Sequence record: KM411958.1
DNA length: 64,000 nt
Strand: one strand, 5' to 3'
Origin: Pseudomonas phage RWG
In this document: positions 15,159-24,725 of the stretch, one piece after another
How the letters are laid out: the number at the start of each line of letters is the position of its first letter
How positions within the stretch are numbered: the stretch's first letter is position 1
Translations under genes and position numbers: made by a program
Notes under the pieces: model-generated
Seen by the model: the letters and a program-made list of their open reading frames with translations, nothing else
Database searches by the model: none
Told to the model about the DNA's origin: nothing

Positions 15159-16384
15159 TGACTGATCGTTCTGCTGAAGACATCGCCCTTTCCAAGGCGA
15201 AGATTCGCATCATCGGAGACTCCAAGGTGAGTTTCTACGCCAACATCATGATGGGTCTGAAGTACGTGTGGGAAGAGGGCATGGGCACTGCTGCCATCGA
15301 CGGCATCACCATGTTCATCGACCCCAAGTTCTTCATGTCCCTGGACGAGATGAGCCGCAAGACCGTGATTCTCCATGAGATCGAACACGTCTGGCGGCAT
15401 CACATCGGTAAGGTCCGTATGGGTGACCGTGACCACATGCTGTACAACATTGCAGGGGACCACGTGATCAACAACAACCTCTTGGCTTGTGGCTATGGCC
15501 CCATCTCCTGGACCGACTACAAGACCGGTGCCAAGTGCAACTGGGTATGCGATCCGAAGTTTGCCGACATGTCCACCGAGGAAGTCTACGATGCCCTGTA
15601 CCAGGAACAGAAGTCGCAGAGCGGCGGCGGATCCGTTGCACCAGACCAGGGCAACAGCGGTAACAACCCGGTACCGTTCGATGACATTTCCCGGCCTGTA
15701 CCGACCAAGGACGATGGTACCCCCATGTCCGAGACGGAGATCCAGGGAGCCATCAACGATCTGATCCTCAGTGCTGCTACTGCTGCTCGTGCCAATGGCA
15801 ACCCTGGGTCCATCCCAGGGGAGGTGCAGGTGTTCATCGACAGCCTGATGTTCCCCAAGCTGCCCCTGCCTCACCTCCTGCGTCAGTTCTTCCAGGTGGT
15901 AAAGCGTGGTGGCTTCACCTGGGCACGTCCCAATCGCCGGCTGATCAACAGGTACTACCTGCCCTCACGTCGCGGTAAGGCACTCCTGCGGATTGCCATC
16001 GCAATGGACCTGTCGGCATCGGTCAGCAACGAAGAGATCCGCCGCTACATGTCGGAGATCGCCAACATCTTCGTCACGCTGAAACCAACACAGCTGGATA
16101 TCATCCAGTTCGACGCTTCCATCCGTTCGGTGGATACGGTCCCCAACCTCAATGCCCTCATGAACATGGAGTTGAAGGGCCGGGGTGGTACCTGCATTGC
16201 CCCTGTGATGCAGTGGGCCGCAGAGAACAAACCTCACGCATTGGTGGTGTTCTCTGATGGGGAGTTCCACCACTACAACGACAACCCAGGAGTACCGATT
16301 CTATGGTTGATTCACCCGTACAGCAGGAAATCGAACTGGAAAGCCCCGTACGGGCAAGTGATCCTGTTCGATCCGAAGGAGTAG
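15158..16384 (+). CDS. VWA-domain protein with N-terminal HExxH metallopeptidase-like domain (DUF2201-like)
   Basis: HEIEH zinc-binding motif near the N-terminus. MIDAS motif DLSAS and a VWA-like C-terminal region. Confidence 0.65.
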   Translation: MTDRSAEDIALSKAKIRIIGDSKVSFYANIMMGLKYVWEEGMGTAAIDGITMFIDPKFFMSLDEMSRKTVILHEIEHVWRHHIGKVRMGDRDHMLYNIAGDHVINNNLLACGYGPISWTDYKTGAKCNWVCDPKFADMSTEEVYDALYQEQKSQSGGGSVAPDQGNSGNNPVPFDDISRPVPTKDDGTPMSETEIQGAINDLILSAATAARANGNPGSIPGEVQVFIDSLMFPKLPLPHLLRQFFQVVKRGGFTWARPNRRLINRYYLPSRRGKALLRIAIAMDLSASVSNEEIRRYMSEIANIFVTLKPTQLDIIQFDASIRSVDTVPNLNALMNMELKGRGGTCIAPVMQWAAENKPHALVVFSDGEFHHYNDNPGVPILWLIHPYSRKSNWKAPYGQVILFDPKE

Positions 16385-17640
16385 ACAAGCCTGCTCCCTT
16401 CGTACTGACGCCCGGCCAGGAAGCCGGGTTTCAGACCTTCATCAACTTCTACTCCAACCCCGATGCCCAGGTAATGGTCCTCAAGGGCTGGTCAGGAACT
16501 GGCAAGTCCACTCTGATTCGTCGAATCCTCGACGAGATGGAGACTCTGGATCGCGCCCTGTCTACCCTGGACGACAACTTCGAGCCGTTCGAACCCCTGC
16601 TGACAGCCACCACAAACCAAGCATGTGATGCTCTGGCGGTGGCCATGAAGGAGTTCAACCACGAGGTCAAGACCATCCACCGGGCATTGGGCCTTCGTCT
16701 CCGCACCGACTACAAGACGGGCAAGAGCGAACTGATGCCCATCCGCAACTTCGACATCCCTTTCCGCTGCCTGATCGTGGTTGACGAAGCCAGCTACATC
16801 GACCCTGCTCTGCTCCAGTTCTGCTTCGACCGGACGGACTGCTGCAAATTCATCTTCGTCGGCGACGACTGCCAGCTGACTCCGGTCGGTACCAACATCA
16901 TGCCTGCCTTCGCCATGAAGGACATTGTGGTGGAACTTACCGAGGTCAAGCGGCAGAACAGTGGTCCCCTGTTGGACCTCTGCAACGCTTTCCGCCACAC
17001 GGTGAAGACGGGTGAGTGGCCGAAGATCCAGTTGGACGGTGACCAGCTGATCCATGTACAACGGGACAAGTTCGTAGAGATGGCGGAAGAAGCCTTCCAG
17101 AACCCCCAGGTGCACGGCAGCACCAAGGTATTGGCTTACACCAATGCCTGTGTGACCGAGTACAACAAGCACTTCTCCCAACTGCTGCTTGGCTCCAGCG
17201 ATCCGCAGGTAGGTCAGAAGATGCTGGTGAACGAAGCCGTCATCAACAAGCATGCCCAGCTGTCCAACGGATCCGAGGTGGTGATCGAAGACATTCGGCC
17301 AACCAGAGAGTTTGACGTGGACGGCTACCTCGTGAAGCTGATGCACCACAACAGCAGCTTCTTCCTGCCCAAGTCCCTCAAGGACCGCAAGGACCGGGAG
17401 AAGCTGGCTCGGAAAGAGGAGGATTACAAGATCCTCCAGCTGATCGACCAGAACTGGGTAGACCTACGGCCTGCCTTCTCATGCACCGTGAACAAGTCGC
17501 AGGGCTCCACCTACGATACGGTGTTCATCGACCTGGACAACATCTGTGGCAAGGTACACCGCCCGAATGCACTGGCACGCCTTCTTTACGTTGGCTTCAG
17601 CCGAGCACGTAGACGGGTGGTCATGACAGGAGACATGTGA
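16303..17640 (+). CDS. SF1 Dda/RecD-like DNA helicase
   Basis: GWSGTGKS (Walker A), LIVVDEASYI (motif II) and NKSQGSTYDTVFIDL (motif V/VI-like). The start overlaps the upstream gene by about 80 nt, so the start call is uncertain. Confidence 0.7.
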   Translation: MVDSPVQQEIELESPVRASDPVRSEGVDKPAPFVLTPGQEAGFQTFINFYSNPDAQVMVLKGWSGTGKSTLIRRILDEMETLDRALSTLDDNFEPFEPLLTATTNQACDALAVAMKEFNHEVKTIHRALGLRLRTDYKTGKSELMPIRNFDIPFRCLIVVDEASYIDPALLQFCFDRTDCCKFIFVGDDCQLTPVGTNIMPAFAMKDIVVELTEVKRQNSGPLLDLCNAFRHTVKTGEWPKIQLDGDQLIHVQRDKFVEMAEEAFQNPQVHGSTKVLAYTNACVTEYNKHFSQLLLGSSDPQVGQKMLVNEAVINKHAQLSNGSEVVIEDIRPTREFDVDGYLVKLMHHNSSFFLPKSLKDRKDREKLARKEEDYKILQLIDQNWVDLRPAFSCTVNKSQGSTYDTVFIDLDNICGKVHRPNALARLLYVGFSRARRRVVMTGDM

Positions 17641-18167
17641 TGCAAGCGAGAACCCCGGAGTTCCTGATCTTCAAGAGGGCAGTGAAGGACTGCTTGGATC
17701 ACTTCCTCTATGCTCCGGTGAGGAAGGCTTTCCAGGAGCGGATGAACGAACTGATCATCGCGGATGCTGTAGCCCGAGGTGATGGCATCCGGGCGTTCTG
17801 CCATCGTGGACGCAACTTCATGATCCCTGGAGAGAAGCCCAACTTCCGCTACTTTCCCAGGCTGAGTCGTAGCAACCGAGTACTCGTTGACAGTCTGTTG
17901 GCAGAGTACGACCCGGTGTTATCCGACGAGCGTGACTCTGTGCTCACGTTCATCAGCCAAGTGCTCAACAAATCTGACGAACCGTCGGAGTACCTCAAGA
18001 TGTTCCCAAGTGGTTTACGGGAGCCTCTGAAGAAGGCGTACGAGCATTTTGGCTTGCCGGTAGATGGGGCGGAATTCCCGACCGAAAGTCCCATAGGTTC
18101 AAACCAAGAAGGCTGGGATAAGCTCTGCACCCGCGTTGGATTGAACCTTGTACTAGGAGGACTGTGA
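17637..18167 (+). CDS. hypothetical protein (176 aa)
   Basis: ORF track. Translationally coupled to both neighbours. Confidence 0.45.
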   Translation: MMQARTPEFLIFKRAVKDCLDHFLYAPVRKAFQERMNELIIADAVARGDGIRAFCHRGRNFMIPGEKPNFRYFPRLSRSNRVLVDSLLAEYDPVLSDERDSVLTFISQVLNKSDEPSEYLKMFPSGLREPLKKAYEHFGLPVDGAEFPTESPIGSNQEGWDKLCTRVGLNLVLGGL

Positions 18168-20782
18168 TGAAGTACATCACCTGGGAAGAACAGGATAGCT
18201 ACCCTGTGGCTATCCTGATCAAGGAGGCAGCGGTGAGTCGGTCAGCCGCTGAATCCACCTACATCAAGCAGCTGGAAGGGCTTGGTGTTCCCCGCAAGAA
18301 TGTCATCGTGCTCTCTTTGGATTACGAGGGCAAGAAGGTATCTGCCAAGGCGATCAAGGAGTGCATCAAAGATCGTGACCAGCTACTGCGGGATCTCGGA
18401 GTACAGTATGCCTACGTGGCTGACTCCAAGTACTTCAAGGAGTGGACCAAGCGGAAGACGGACGCCGACTTCGGCAACCTGTCGCCCCCTGCTGGCTACG
18501 ACCCTGGATACCTGGTGACTCCGGGCGTGAACCATCAGGTGCTGCTGTTCGATCCGGGTCAGATGCACAAGCTCAGCCGTGGCTTCAAAGCCATCGTTGA
18601 CCATGCCAATGGTGTGTATCGGCCTGTCGGATCTGACCTGCTGCACAATGTCACGTACATCTACCGGGGCCATGTCAGCCAAGCCAGGGAAGCACTGGCC
18701 AGGCTCATGGACAAGCCGGAGATATCCTGTGATATCGAGGGCTTCAGCCTCAGCATGTTCGACTCAGGCATTGCCACCATTGGCTTCGCCTGGAGTGAGC
18801 ATGATGCTGTACAGATCCAGTGTGACTACAGAGAGATGATCCAGGACGAGAACAAGCACCACGGTTATTACGAGCCGAACGCAGAGATGCGGGAAGTGCT
18901 CAAGTGGTTCTTCACCGAGTACCCTGGGCGAATCATCTACCACCGTGCAAACCATGACGTGAAGGTTCTGATCTACACCCTCTTCATGGAGCATGACCTC
19001 GACAAAGAGGGTATGCACCGTGGATTGGAGATCATGACTCCACGGATGGACGATACCAAGATCATTGCGTATCTAGCACTGAACTCAACCGCTGATGTCA
19101 GCTACTCCCTGAAAGACCTGGGGCAGGAACATGCGGGTAACTGGGCACAGGACGAGATCAAGGACATCCGGCTGATTCAGCTGGACGATCTCATGAAGTA
19201 CAACGCGGTGGATGCGGTGACGACCGTATGGGTGAAGAACAAGTATTACCCCATCATGGTGCAAGACCAGCAGGAAGCTCTCTACCACGGCCTGTTCAAG
19301 GACAGCTTGGACCTGATCATTCAGATGGAACTCGTGGGCATGCCTATGAATCCCCGGAAGATCACAGAGGTCAATACTGAACTGAACAATCTGCGGGACG
19401 GCTACCACAATACTGTGATGAGCCATCCCGCAGTCGCCAAGGTAGAGGTGCTGATTCAAACCAGTGAGATGGAGAAGGCCAATGCCAAGCTGAAGACTAT
19501 CCAGCATCCGCTGAGCAAGTTTTCGCACATTCGGTTCAACCCCAACTCTGGCCCGCAAGTGGCTCGTCTGCTGCATGAAGTCCTCGACCTTCCTGTACTG
19601 GACGTAACGGCTACCAAGCAGCCCTCCACCAGTGGGGGCACGCTGAAGAAGCTGCTGAACCACATCAAGGCGGAGCCCTACAAGGATCTAATCCAGGCTC
19701 TGATGGACTTGGGTGCCGTGGAAAAGGTCATCTCTGCCTTCATGCCAGCCTTCAAGGCGGGTCGAATGAAGGCGGACGGAATGATGTACCTACATGGCTC
19801 CTTCAACCTTGGAGGAACCATCTCTGGGCGGCTGTCCTCATCCGATCCCAACCTGCAAAACCTTCCGGCTGGCTCGACCTATGGCAAGCTGGTGAAGTCT
19901 CTCTTCTGTGCACCCCCCGGCTTCCTCTTCGGAGGGGCGGACTTCGCTGCACTGGAAGACCGGATCAACGCCCTGCTCACTCAAGACCCGAACAAAATCA
20001 AGGTGTACACCGATGGCTACGATGGCCACTCGATGCGTACCTTTGCGTTCTGGCCGGACAAGTGTGATGGGATCGTAGACACGGTTGACTCCATCAACTC
20101 GATCCAGAAGGTCTACCCAGACCTGCGAAGCAAAGCCAAGACTCCACACTTCCTGCTCCAGTATGGGGGCAGTTGGATGGGTCTGGTGCGGCAGGTAGGT
20201 TTCTCGGATGAAGAAGCCCAGGAGATCGAAACCAACTACAACAAGCTCTATCGCGTAAGCAATGAGTGGGTGGCTGGTGAGATCGACAAAGCAACCAAGA
20301 CGGGCTACGTGGAACTGGCCTTCAACCTGCGGCTGAGAACGCCGCTGTTGGGGTCCACCATTCTTGGCTTGAAGGCGACTCCCAAGGAGGCTGCTGCTGA
20401 ATCCCGCAGTGCGGGTAATGCGGTGTCCGGCCAGTCCTGGGGTCTACTGACCAACCGTGCTGCTGTGGAATTCCGCAAGCTGCTACTGGCCAGCCCCTAC
20501 AAGCTGAAGGTAGAGATCATCTCTCTGATCCACGATGCGATCTACGTGATGTGGCCAGACGATCCTGATGTCACTGTGTGGGTCAACAACACGCTCTGCA
20601 AGTGCATGGCGTGGCAGGAAGACCCCAAGATCAATGACAAGCGGGTTCCATTGGGGGCTAACCTGGACATCTTCTGGCCCAGTTGGCGTGAAGCCTGCAC
20701 CCTGGACTACCCCATCACCAAGGAACGCCTCATTGAGCAATGCAGGGAACATGCTGCTGCTCTCAAGGAGAAGGCCAAGTGA
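18164..20782 (+). CDS. family A DNA polymerase (Pol I-like)
   Basis: ISGRLSSSDPNLQNLP (motif A region), PHFLLQYGGS (motif B K..YG) and HDAIY (motif C). 872 aa. Confidence 0.85.
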   Translation: MMKYITWEEQDSYPVAILIKEAAVSRSAAESTYIKQLEGLGVPRKNVIVLSLDYEGKKVSAKAIKECIKDRDQLLRDLGVQYAYVADSKYFKEWTKRKTDADFGNLSPPAGYDPGYLVTPGVNHQVLLFDPGQMHKLSRGFKAIVDHANGVYRPVGSDLLHNVTYIYRGHVSQAREALARLMDKPEISCDIEGFSLSMFDSGIATIGFAWSEHDAVQIQCDYREMIQDENKHHGYYEPNAEMREVLKWFFTEYPGRIIYHRANHDVKVLIYTLFMEHDLDKEGMHRGLEIMTPRMDDTKIIAYLALNSTADVSYSLKDLGQEHAGNWAQDEIKDIRLIQLDDLMKYNAVDAVTTVWVKNKYYPIMVQDQQEALYHGLFKDSLDLIIQMELVGMPMNPRKITEVNTELNNLRDGYHNTVMSHPAVAKVEVLIQTSEMEKANAKLKTIQHPLSKFSHIRFNPNSGPQVARLLHEVLDLPVLDVTATKQPSTSGGTLKKLLNHIKAEPYKDLIQALMDLGAVEKVISAFMPAFKAGRMKADGMMYLHGSFNLGGTISGRLSSSDPNLQNLPAGSTYGKLVKSLFCAPPGFLFGGADFAALEDRINALLTQDPNKIKVYTDGYDGHSMRTFAFWPDKCDGIVDTVDSINSIQKVYPDLRSKAKTPHFLLQYGGSWMGLVRQVGFSDEEAQEIETNYNKLYRVSNEWVAGEIDKATKTGYVELAFNLRLRTPLLGSTILGLKATPKEAAAESRSAGNAVSGQSWGLLTNRAAVEFRKLLLASPYKLKVEIISLIHDAIYVMWPDDPDVTVWVNNTLCKCMAWQEDPKINDKRVPLGANLDIFWPSWREACTLDYPITKERLIEQCREHAAALKEKAK

Positions 20783-21003
20783 CTACTACCTGCTGGGTAA
20801 ATGACCACGAGATCACCGTGTCGCAAGGCGTAGTAGCCGTGCGTAAGGACGGTGTGCTCGTCCATGAATGCGGCGGCCTTTGGGCTGCCTGTGACTTTGC
20901 GAGAGGTATCAACAGTGCTGAAAGCCCCAGACCCGAGGTCGATGAAGTACAGGAGACTGTACATGTCGATAGCGACAAATGCGGCCAAGCAGAGTGTAGC
21001 TGA
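20779..21003 (+). CDS. hypothetical small protein (74 aa)
   Basis: GTG overlaps the DNAP stop, with AAGGAG 8 nt upstream. Its 3' end overlaps the deaminase start, so it is kept at low confidence. Confidence 0.3.
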   Translation: MTTTCWVNDHEITVSQGVVAVRKDGVLVHECGGLWAACDFARGINSAESPRPEVDEVQETVHVDSDKCGQAECS

Positions 21004-21433
21004 ACGCCATCAAGTTGGAGGGGTACTGGTCACTACGACCGGTGCCCTCTTCACTGGGTGGAACGGCACCATGCCTGGAACTGACAACTGCTGTGAGAAC
21101 GGCGAGTACCTTCGGGAAGAAACCCGCTTCAAAACCACTCCCTACGGGGTGATCCATGCCGAGCACAACATCTTAGCTTGGGCATCCCGCTCTGGTGTAC
21201 CCCTGGACAATTCTGTCCTATGGATCACTCGGGCACCTTGCGTACGCTGTGCAGAAATGATCGCAACTCATGGTGTTCATCTCGTGATGTACCGGGATGA
21301 TCACGATGAACCCGAGGGGATGACAGTGCTGGCCATGGGCAATGTGAAAGCCATGAGTTGGAGCACCCTGGACTCCCTTATCACCGAACACGGGGGTCAC
21401 TACGTTGTCTCGAAAACCCTGCTCGCTAACTGA
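20942..21433 (+). CDS. dCMP/cytidine deaminase-family protein
   Basis: HAEHNIL and PCVRCAEMI (H-A-E ... PC..C zinc-binding motifs). The start is chosen by alignment of RRLYMSIATNAAKQS to dCMP deaminase N-termini and is uncertain (20942 or 20963). Confidence 0.6.
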   Translation: MKYRRLYMSIATNAAKQSVAERHQVGGVLVTTTGALFTGWNGTMPGTDNCCENGEYLREETRFKTTPYGVIHAEHNILAWASRSGVPLDNSVLWITRAPCVRCAEMIATHGVHLVMYRDDHDEPEGMTVLAMGNVKAMSWSTLDSLITEHGGHYVVSKTLLAN

Positions 21434-21464
21434 CCGGAAGTCCTACTGGGCTTCCTTCAACCAT

Positions 21465-21605
21465 ATGATCAAGCACTTCGGAGGTATCGAAGAAGCTGAG
21501 GCTGCTATCGCTTCCGGCAAGGCTGTCTATGGGAAACCAACAGTGCCCAAGGGTTACATCTTGGGCACCGACATCAAAGGCATGTACGTGCTGCATAAGG
21601 AGTAA
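21465..21605 (+). CDS. hypothetical small protein
   Basis: Internal ATG of ORF 21405..21605 downstream of the deaminase stop. Weak support. Confidence 0.25.
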   Translation: MIKHFGGIEEAEAAIASGKAVYGKPTVPKGYILGTDIKGMYVLHKE

Positions 21606-21607
21606 TC

Positions 21608-22006
21608 ATGGCGAAGAAAGCCAAACTGAAAGCTGATTGGACTCCAGGAAAGTTGGGTCATGCGCCTGTCAACGGACGGTATTTCTTCGTCAACCGTGAG
21701 ACACGCATGACCCACACCTGGACTATCGGTCAACTGCCTGTGCCCGAAGGGTATGAGCAGGTGACCATGCAAGAATACGACAGCTTCCGTAAGTTCAACG
21801 GAACCTTGTCGAAGAAGAAACTCATGGCCTTTATCCGAGGGGAAGCCAAGTGTTCGAAGGACGCAGGAAAGAAATCCGAGAGCGAATCGAAGCCCGCTGC
21901 AAAGTCGAAGACACGGGCTTCATCCTCGACGGTAAGCCAAGTCCCTGCCACCTCTGGCAAGGCCCGGATTCAGGTACGGGCAGGGGTGGTGGTTACGGTC
22001 GCATGA
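21608..22006 (+). CDS. hypothetical protein (132 aa) with a Lys/Ser/Ala-rich tail
   Basis: ORF track. GGAGTAATC precedes the ATG. The C-terminal 50 aa overlap the HNH gene in another frame. Confidence 0.35.
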   Translation: MAKKAKLKADWTPGKLGHAPVNGRYFFVNRETRMTHTWTIGQLPVPEGYEQVTMQEYDSFRKFNGTLSKKKLMAFIRGEAKCSKDAGKKSESESKPAAKSKTRASSSTVSQVPATSGKARIQVRAGVVVTVA

Positions 22007-22194
22007 GCCTGGACGGCCAGACAGTGGCCGTCCACATCGTCATGTTCACCAACTACTTCGGCTATGTGCCGGGTAAGAAACAGATCGACCATCTCTGCGG
22101 GCAGCGACTGTGCTGCAACCCCGCCCATCTGGAGATGGTCACCCACCTCACCAATCAAAAACGTCGCGCTAAACGCGCCAAGTCCAAGGAGTAA
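21850..22194 (+). mobile_element. HNH homing endonuclease gene (HNH_3-type)
   Basis: CHLWQG...GYGRMSLDGQTVAVHIVMF...IDHLCGQRLCCNPAHLEMVT is the classic phage HNH signature. GTG start. Confidence 0.7.
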
Positions 22195-22197
22195 TCC

Positions 22198-24714
22198 ATG
22201 CAGGTAACTCATCAGAAAGACTACGCCACTCACGTTGTGATAGGCGGCAAGCAAGCAATTTCCATGGGCATCAGTGATGACCCGGCCTTCTTCCAAGTTC
22301 TGTCGAGTTCCCTGTACACGGACAAGATCCTTGCCGTTGTTCGGGAAACTCTCTGCAACGCCTTCGATGCCCACAAGATGGCGGGCATCGAGAAAGAGAC
22401 TCCGGTCGAGATCACCCTCAAGGACGACGAATTCGTCATCCGTGACTTCGGCCCTGGTATACATCCCGACGACGTGGGCACCATTTACGGTGTATACGGC
22501 GGCTCCACCAAGAAGCACGACGGCACCCAGACTGGTGGTTTTGGTTTGGGGTGCAAGTCCCCCTTCGCCTACGTGGACAACTTCCAGGTGACCATTCACC
22601 ACGAAGGCAAGACCAACGTCTACCGCATGCAGAAAGCCTCCATCCAGAACGGCGGACGACCGGCGATCACTCCTGTGGTCACGGACATTCCTACCGACCA
22701 GACCGGTCTGGAAGTACGGATCAACATCAAGAACGAAGACGTACGTCGATTCGGTACGCTGATTCGCCGTATCGTGGCCAACGCCGAGATGCTGGCCAAC
22801 TTCAACGGGGTGAAGCTGCCCACCCTGCCCTTCTCCCAGGTGACCGAAGACTGGTCCATCGCTACCGAGCAGGTGCTCGAATACAACGGCCACATCATCT
22901 GTGTCCGCTATGGTGATGTCATCTATCCTGTAGAGCGGGATGAGTTCATCGCCGAGGTGTACGATCCTGTGCACAAGTTCGTGAACTCTCTGCCTGGCAA
23001 CGTCAACGTGCTGGTGCTACAAGCCAAACCGAACTCGGTGTCGATCACACCGTCTCGGGAAGCGCTGTCCATGGAAGACCACACCCGCAAGACTCTTCTT
23101 CAGCTGCTCAACAAATTCCTCCGTGCAACGCGGAACATCAAAAAGGAACGCAGCGACATCCTGGCACAGTCCTGCGAAGAACTGGTGCAGGCCAGGAAAG
23201 GTGCGATGGTGCAGCCCGAAGAAGTAAATGCTAATCGTGTGCTCGTGAGTTCCATGCGTGGGTCTAAGCTTTGTACCAAGGGACTCATGTCTACCATGGA
23301 AGAGGTTGGCTTGAGCCAGCTGTACCATTCGAATAGCCGGGATGAAAAGGAGAACTTCAAGACCCTGCTGCAACAGCTTTCCCTCATCGGAAAGCAGCCG
23401 CGAAACCAAGGAAACACCCTGTACCCTTCGCTCATCCGGCTGCTGAAGAAGGTTGGGATGGCAGCTGCCTACCATCACTACGATAGCGCCACCTTCGAGA
23501 ACCTCACGAAGTTCCGGAAGGATTCCTGGCAGGCCCTGGCAGTACGCAAGTGGGGCCAGAAGCACCTGGTTTCCAAGCTGTTGCCTCTGATCCACGAAGA
23601 AGGGCTGTGCCCCACTCGGCTGATCTGGTACGGCGCTGGTCGTCACCTGCACAACGGGGATTCTGTTCGGAACTACAACACCCACAATGGGTATCCGTTG
23701 GTTTCGTACTGGTCGAAGAATCCTATGTCCTATGTGCCACTGTTCCGTCGCTGTATTGTCCTGACGCACAGCCGTCGTGACATCCATAGCCGTGTGGAGG
23801 ATCTCGACGAGTGGGTAGGTGGTTACAGTGCTGACGACTCTCTCATCGCTTACGTGGTTCCGCGTAGCGTGAAGAAGGTGGAGGAAGCCAGGAAAGCCCT
23901 GAGTACTCTGAAGGGCTGGGAAGTACTGGACCTGACCAAGGAAGCTGAGGTAATCGAGTACGACTCGAAGATCAGTGCTGTCCCAGTCGTGTCCAAGCCA
24001 AAGAAGAAGGGCTATCCGATGCTCTCGGCTTGTCATAGCAACGGCATATTCTCCCTGGAGATGGCACGTACTGAGAACGTAGCTCGGGTGGAGAATCCAG
24101 CTTACTACGTACGCCTCAACACCAAGAGCGACTACTACGTGCGTAAGTGTGTTCGTGGTTTGGACAAGACTTGCTCTGCCTACCTGCTGAAGAACTACGG
24201 CAACTTGGGTGCAGTCGTGTACAACGAAACCCAGGAAACCAACATGGAGAAGAAGGGCATCAAAAGTGCTCGTGACTTCCTCCTGGAAAAGTTCCTGGAA
24301 GAGGCGAACAAACCTGAGTTCATCAAGGCTTGCTCGCTGCGCTACGACATGCTGGTTCAGGTTACAAAGGATTCGGACCAAGTAGACCTGGTTCGTACCA
24401 TGATGGCGGTCAAAGAATGTCGTGATGACTTCAAGCTGCCTGAGCCGGAAACAGCTGATGCTGAGAACTTGCTCAATACCATGTGTGCTATGGACCCCAG
24501 GTTCTTCACTGAAGACCAGAAGGTAGCCTTGGGCAAGATAGCGGAAAAGATCAAGGCTGTTCCGGGCGATAAGAAAGTGCTTGGCATGCTGAAGAAGATC
24601 GCAGGAGCACCATTGATTACACTTCTGAACATCTCAGAAGTACGTGCTGCTTTACGCGATAAGAAGACTGTCGCTTCGACAGTCAAACTACTGAAAACAG
24701 CTATTCGTGGCTGA
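22198..24714 (+). CDS. GHKL-type ATPase domain protein, rIIA-like (838 aa)
   Basis: The N-terminus has the Bergerat-fold motifs ETLCNAFDA (N-box), DFGPGI (G1) and GGFGLGCKS (G2). Size and position resemble rIIA homologs of N4-like phages. Confidence 0.5.
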   Translation: MQVTHQKDYATHVVIGGKQAISMGISDDPAFFQVLSSSLYTDKILAVVRETLCNAFDAHKMAGIEKETPVEITLKDDEFVIRDFGPGIHPDDVGTIYGVYGGSTKKHDGTQTGGFGLGCKSPFAYVDNFQVTIHHEGKTNVYRMQKASIQNGGRPAITPVVTDIPTDQTGLEVRINIKNEDVRRFGTLIRRIVANAEMLANFNGVKLPTLPFSQVTEDWSIATEQVLEYNGHIICVRYGDVIYPVERDEFIAEVYDPVHKFVNSLPGNVNVLVLQAKPNSVSITPSREALSMEDHTRKTLLQLLNKFLRATRNIKKERSDILAQSCEELVQARKGAMVQPEEVNANRVLVSSMRGSKLCTKGLMSTMEEVGLSQLYHSNSRDEKENFKTLLQQLSLIGKQPRNQGNTLYPSLIRLLKKVGMAAAYHHYDSATFENLTKFRKDSWQALAVRKWGQKHLVSKLLPLIHEEGLCPTRLIWYGAGRHLHNGDSVRNYNTHNGYPLVSYWSKNPMSYVPLFRRCIVLTHSRRDIHSRVEDLDEWVGGYSADDSLIAYVVPRSVKKVEEARKALSTLKGWEVLDLTKEAEVIEYDSKISAVPVVSKPKKKGYPMLSACHSNGIFSLEMARTENVARVENPAYYVRLNTKSDYYVRKCVRGLDKTCSAYLLKNYGNLGAVVYNETQETNMEKKGIKSARDFLLEKFLEEANKPEFIKACSLRYDMLVQVTKDSDQVDLVRTMMAVKECRDDFKLPEPETADAENLLNTMCAMDPRFFTEDQKVALGKIAEKIKAVPGDKKVLGMLKKIAGAPLITLLNISEVRAALRDKKTVASTVKLLKTAIRG

Positions 24715-24725
24715 AGGAGAAACCA

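Noticed and set aside
15104-15874. 256-aa minus-strand ORF opposite the VWA/metallopeptidase gene
   Set aside because: It is an antisense shadow of a plus-strand gene that carries HExxH and MIDAS motifs.
16492-17349. 285-aa minus-strand ORF opposite the Dda-like helicase
   Set aside because: It is an antisense shadow. The helicase motifs are on the plus strand.
21608-22194. Programmed -1 frameshift fusing ORF 21608 to the HNH ORF
   Set aside because: No canonical X_XXY_YYZ slippery heptamer or downstream pseudoknot was evident near 21850..21900. The overlap is more simply explained by an inserted homing endonuclease gene with its own GTG start.
21970-24381. Minus-strand ORFs 21970..22974 (334 aa) and 23017..24381 (454 aa) opposite the rIIA-like gene
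   Set aside because: They are antisense shadows within a plus-strand gene carrying GHKL motifs. They have no RBS and their composition is low-complexity.
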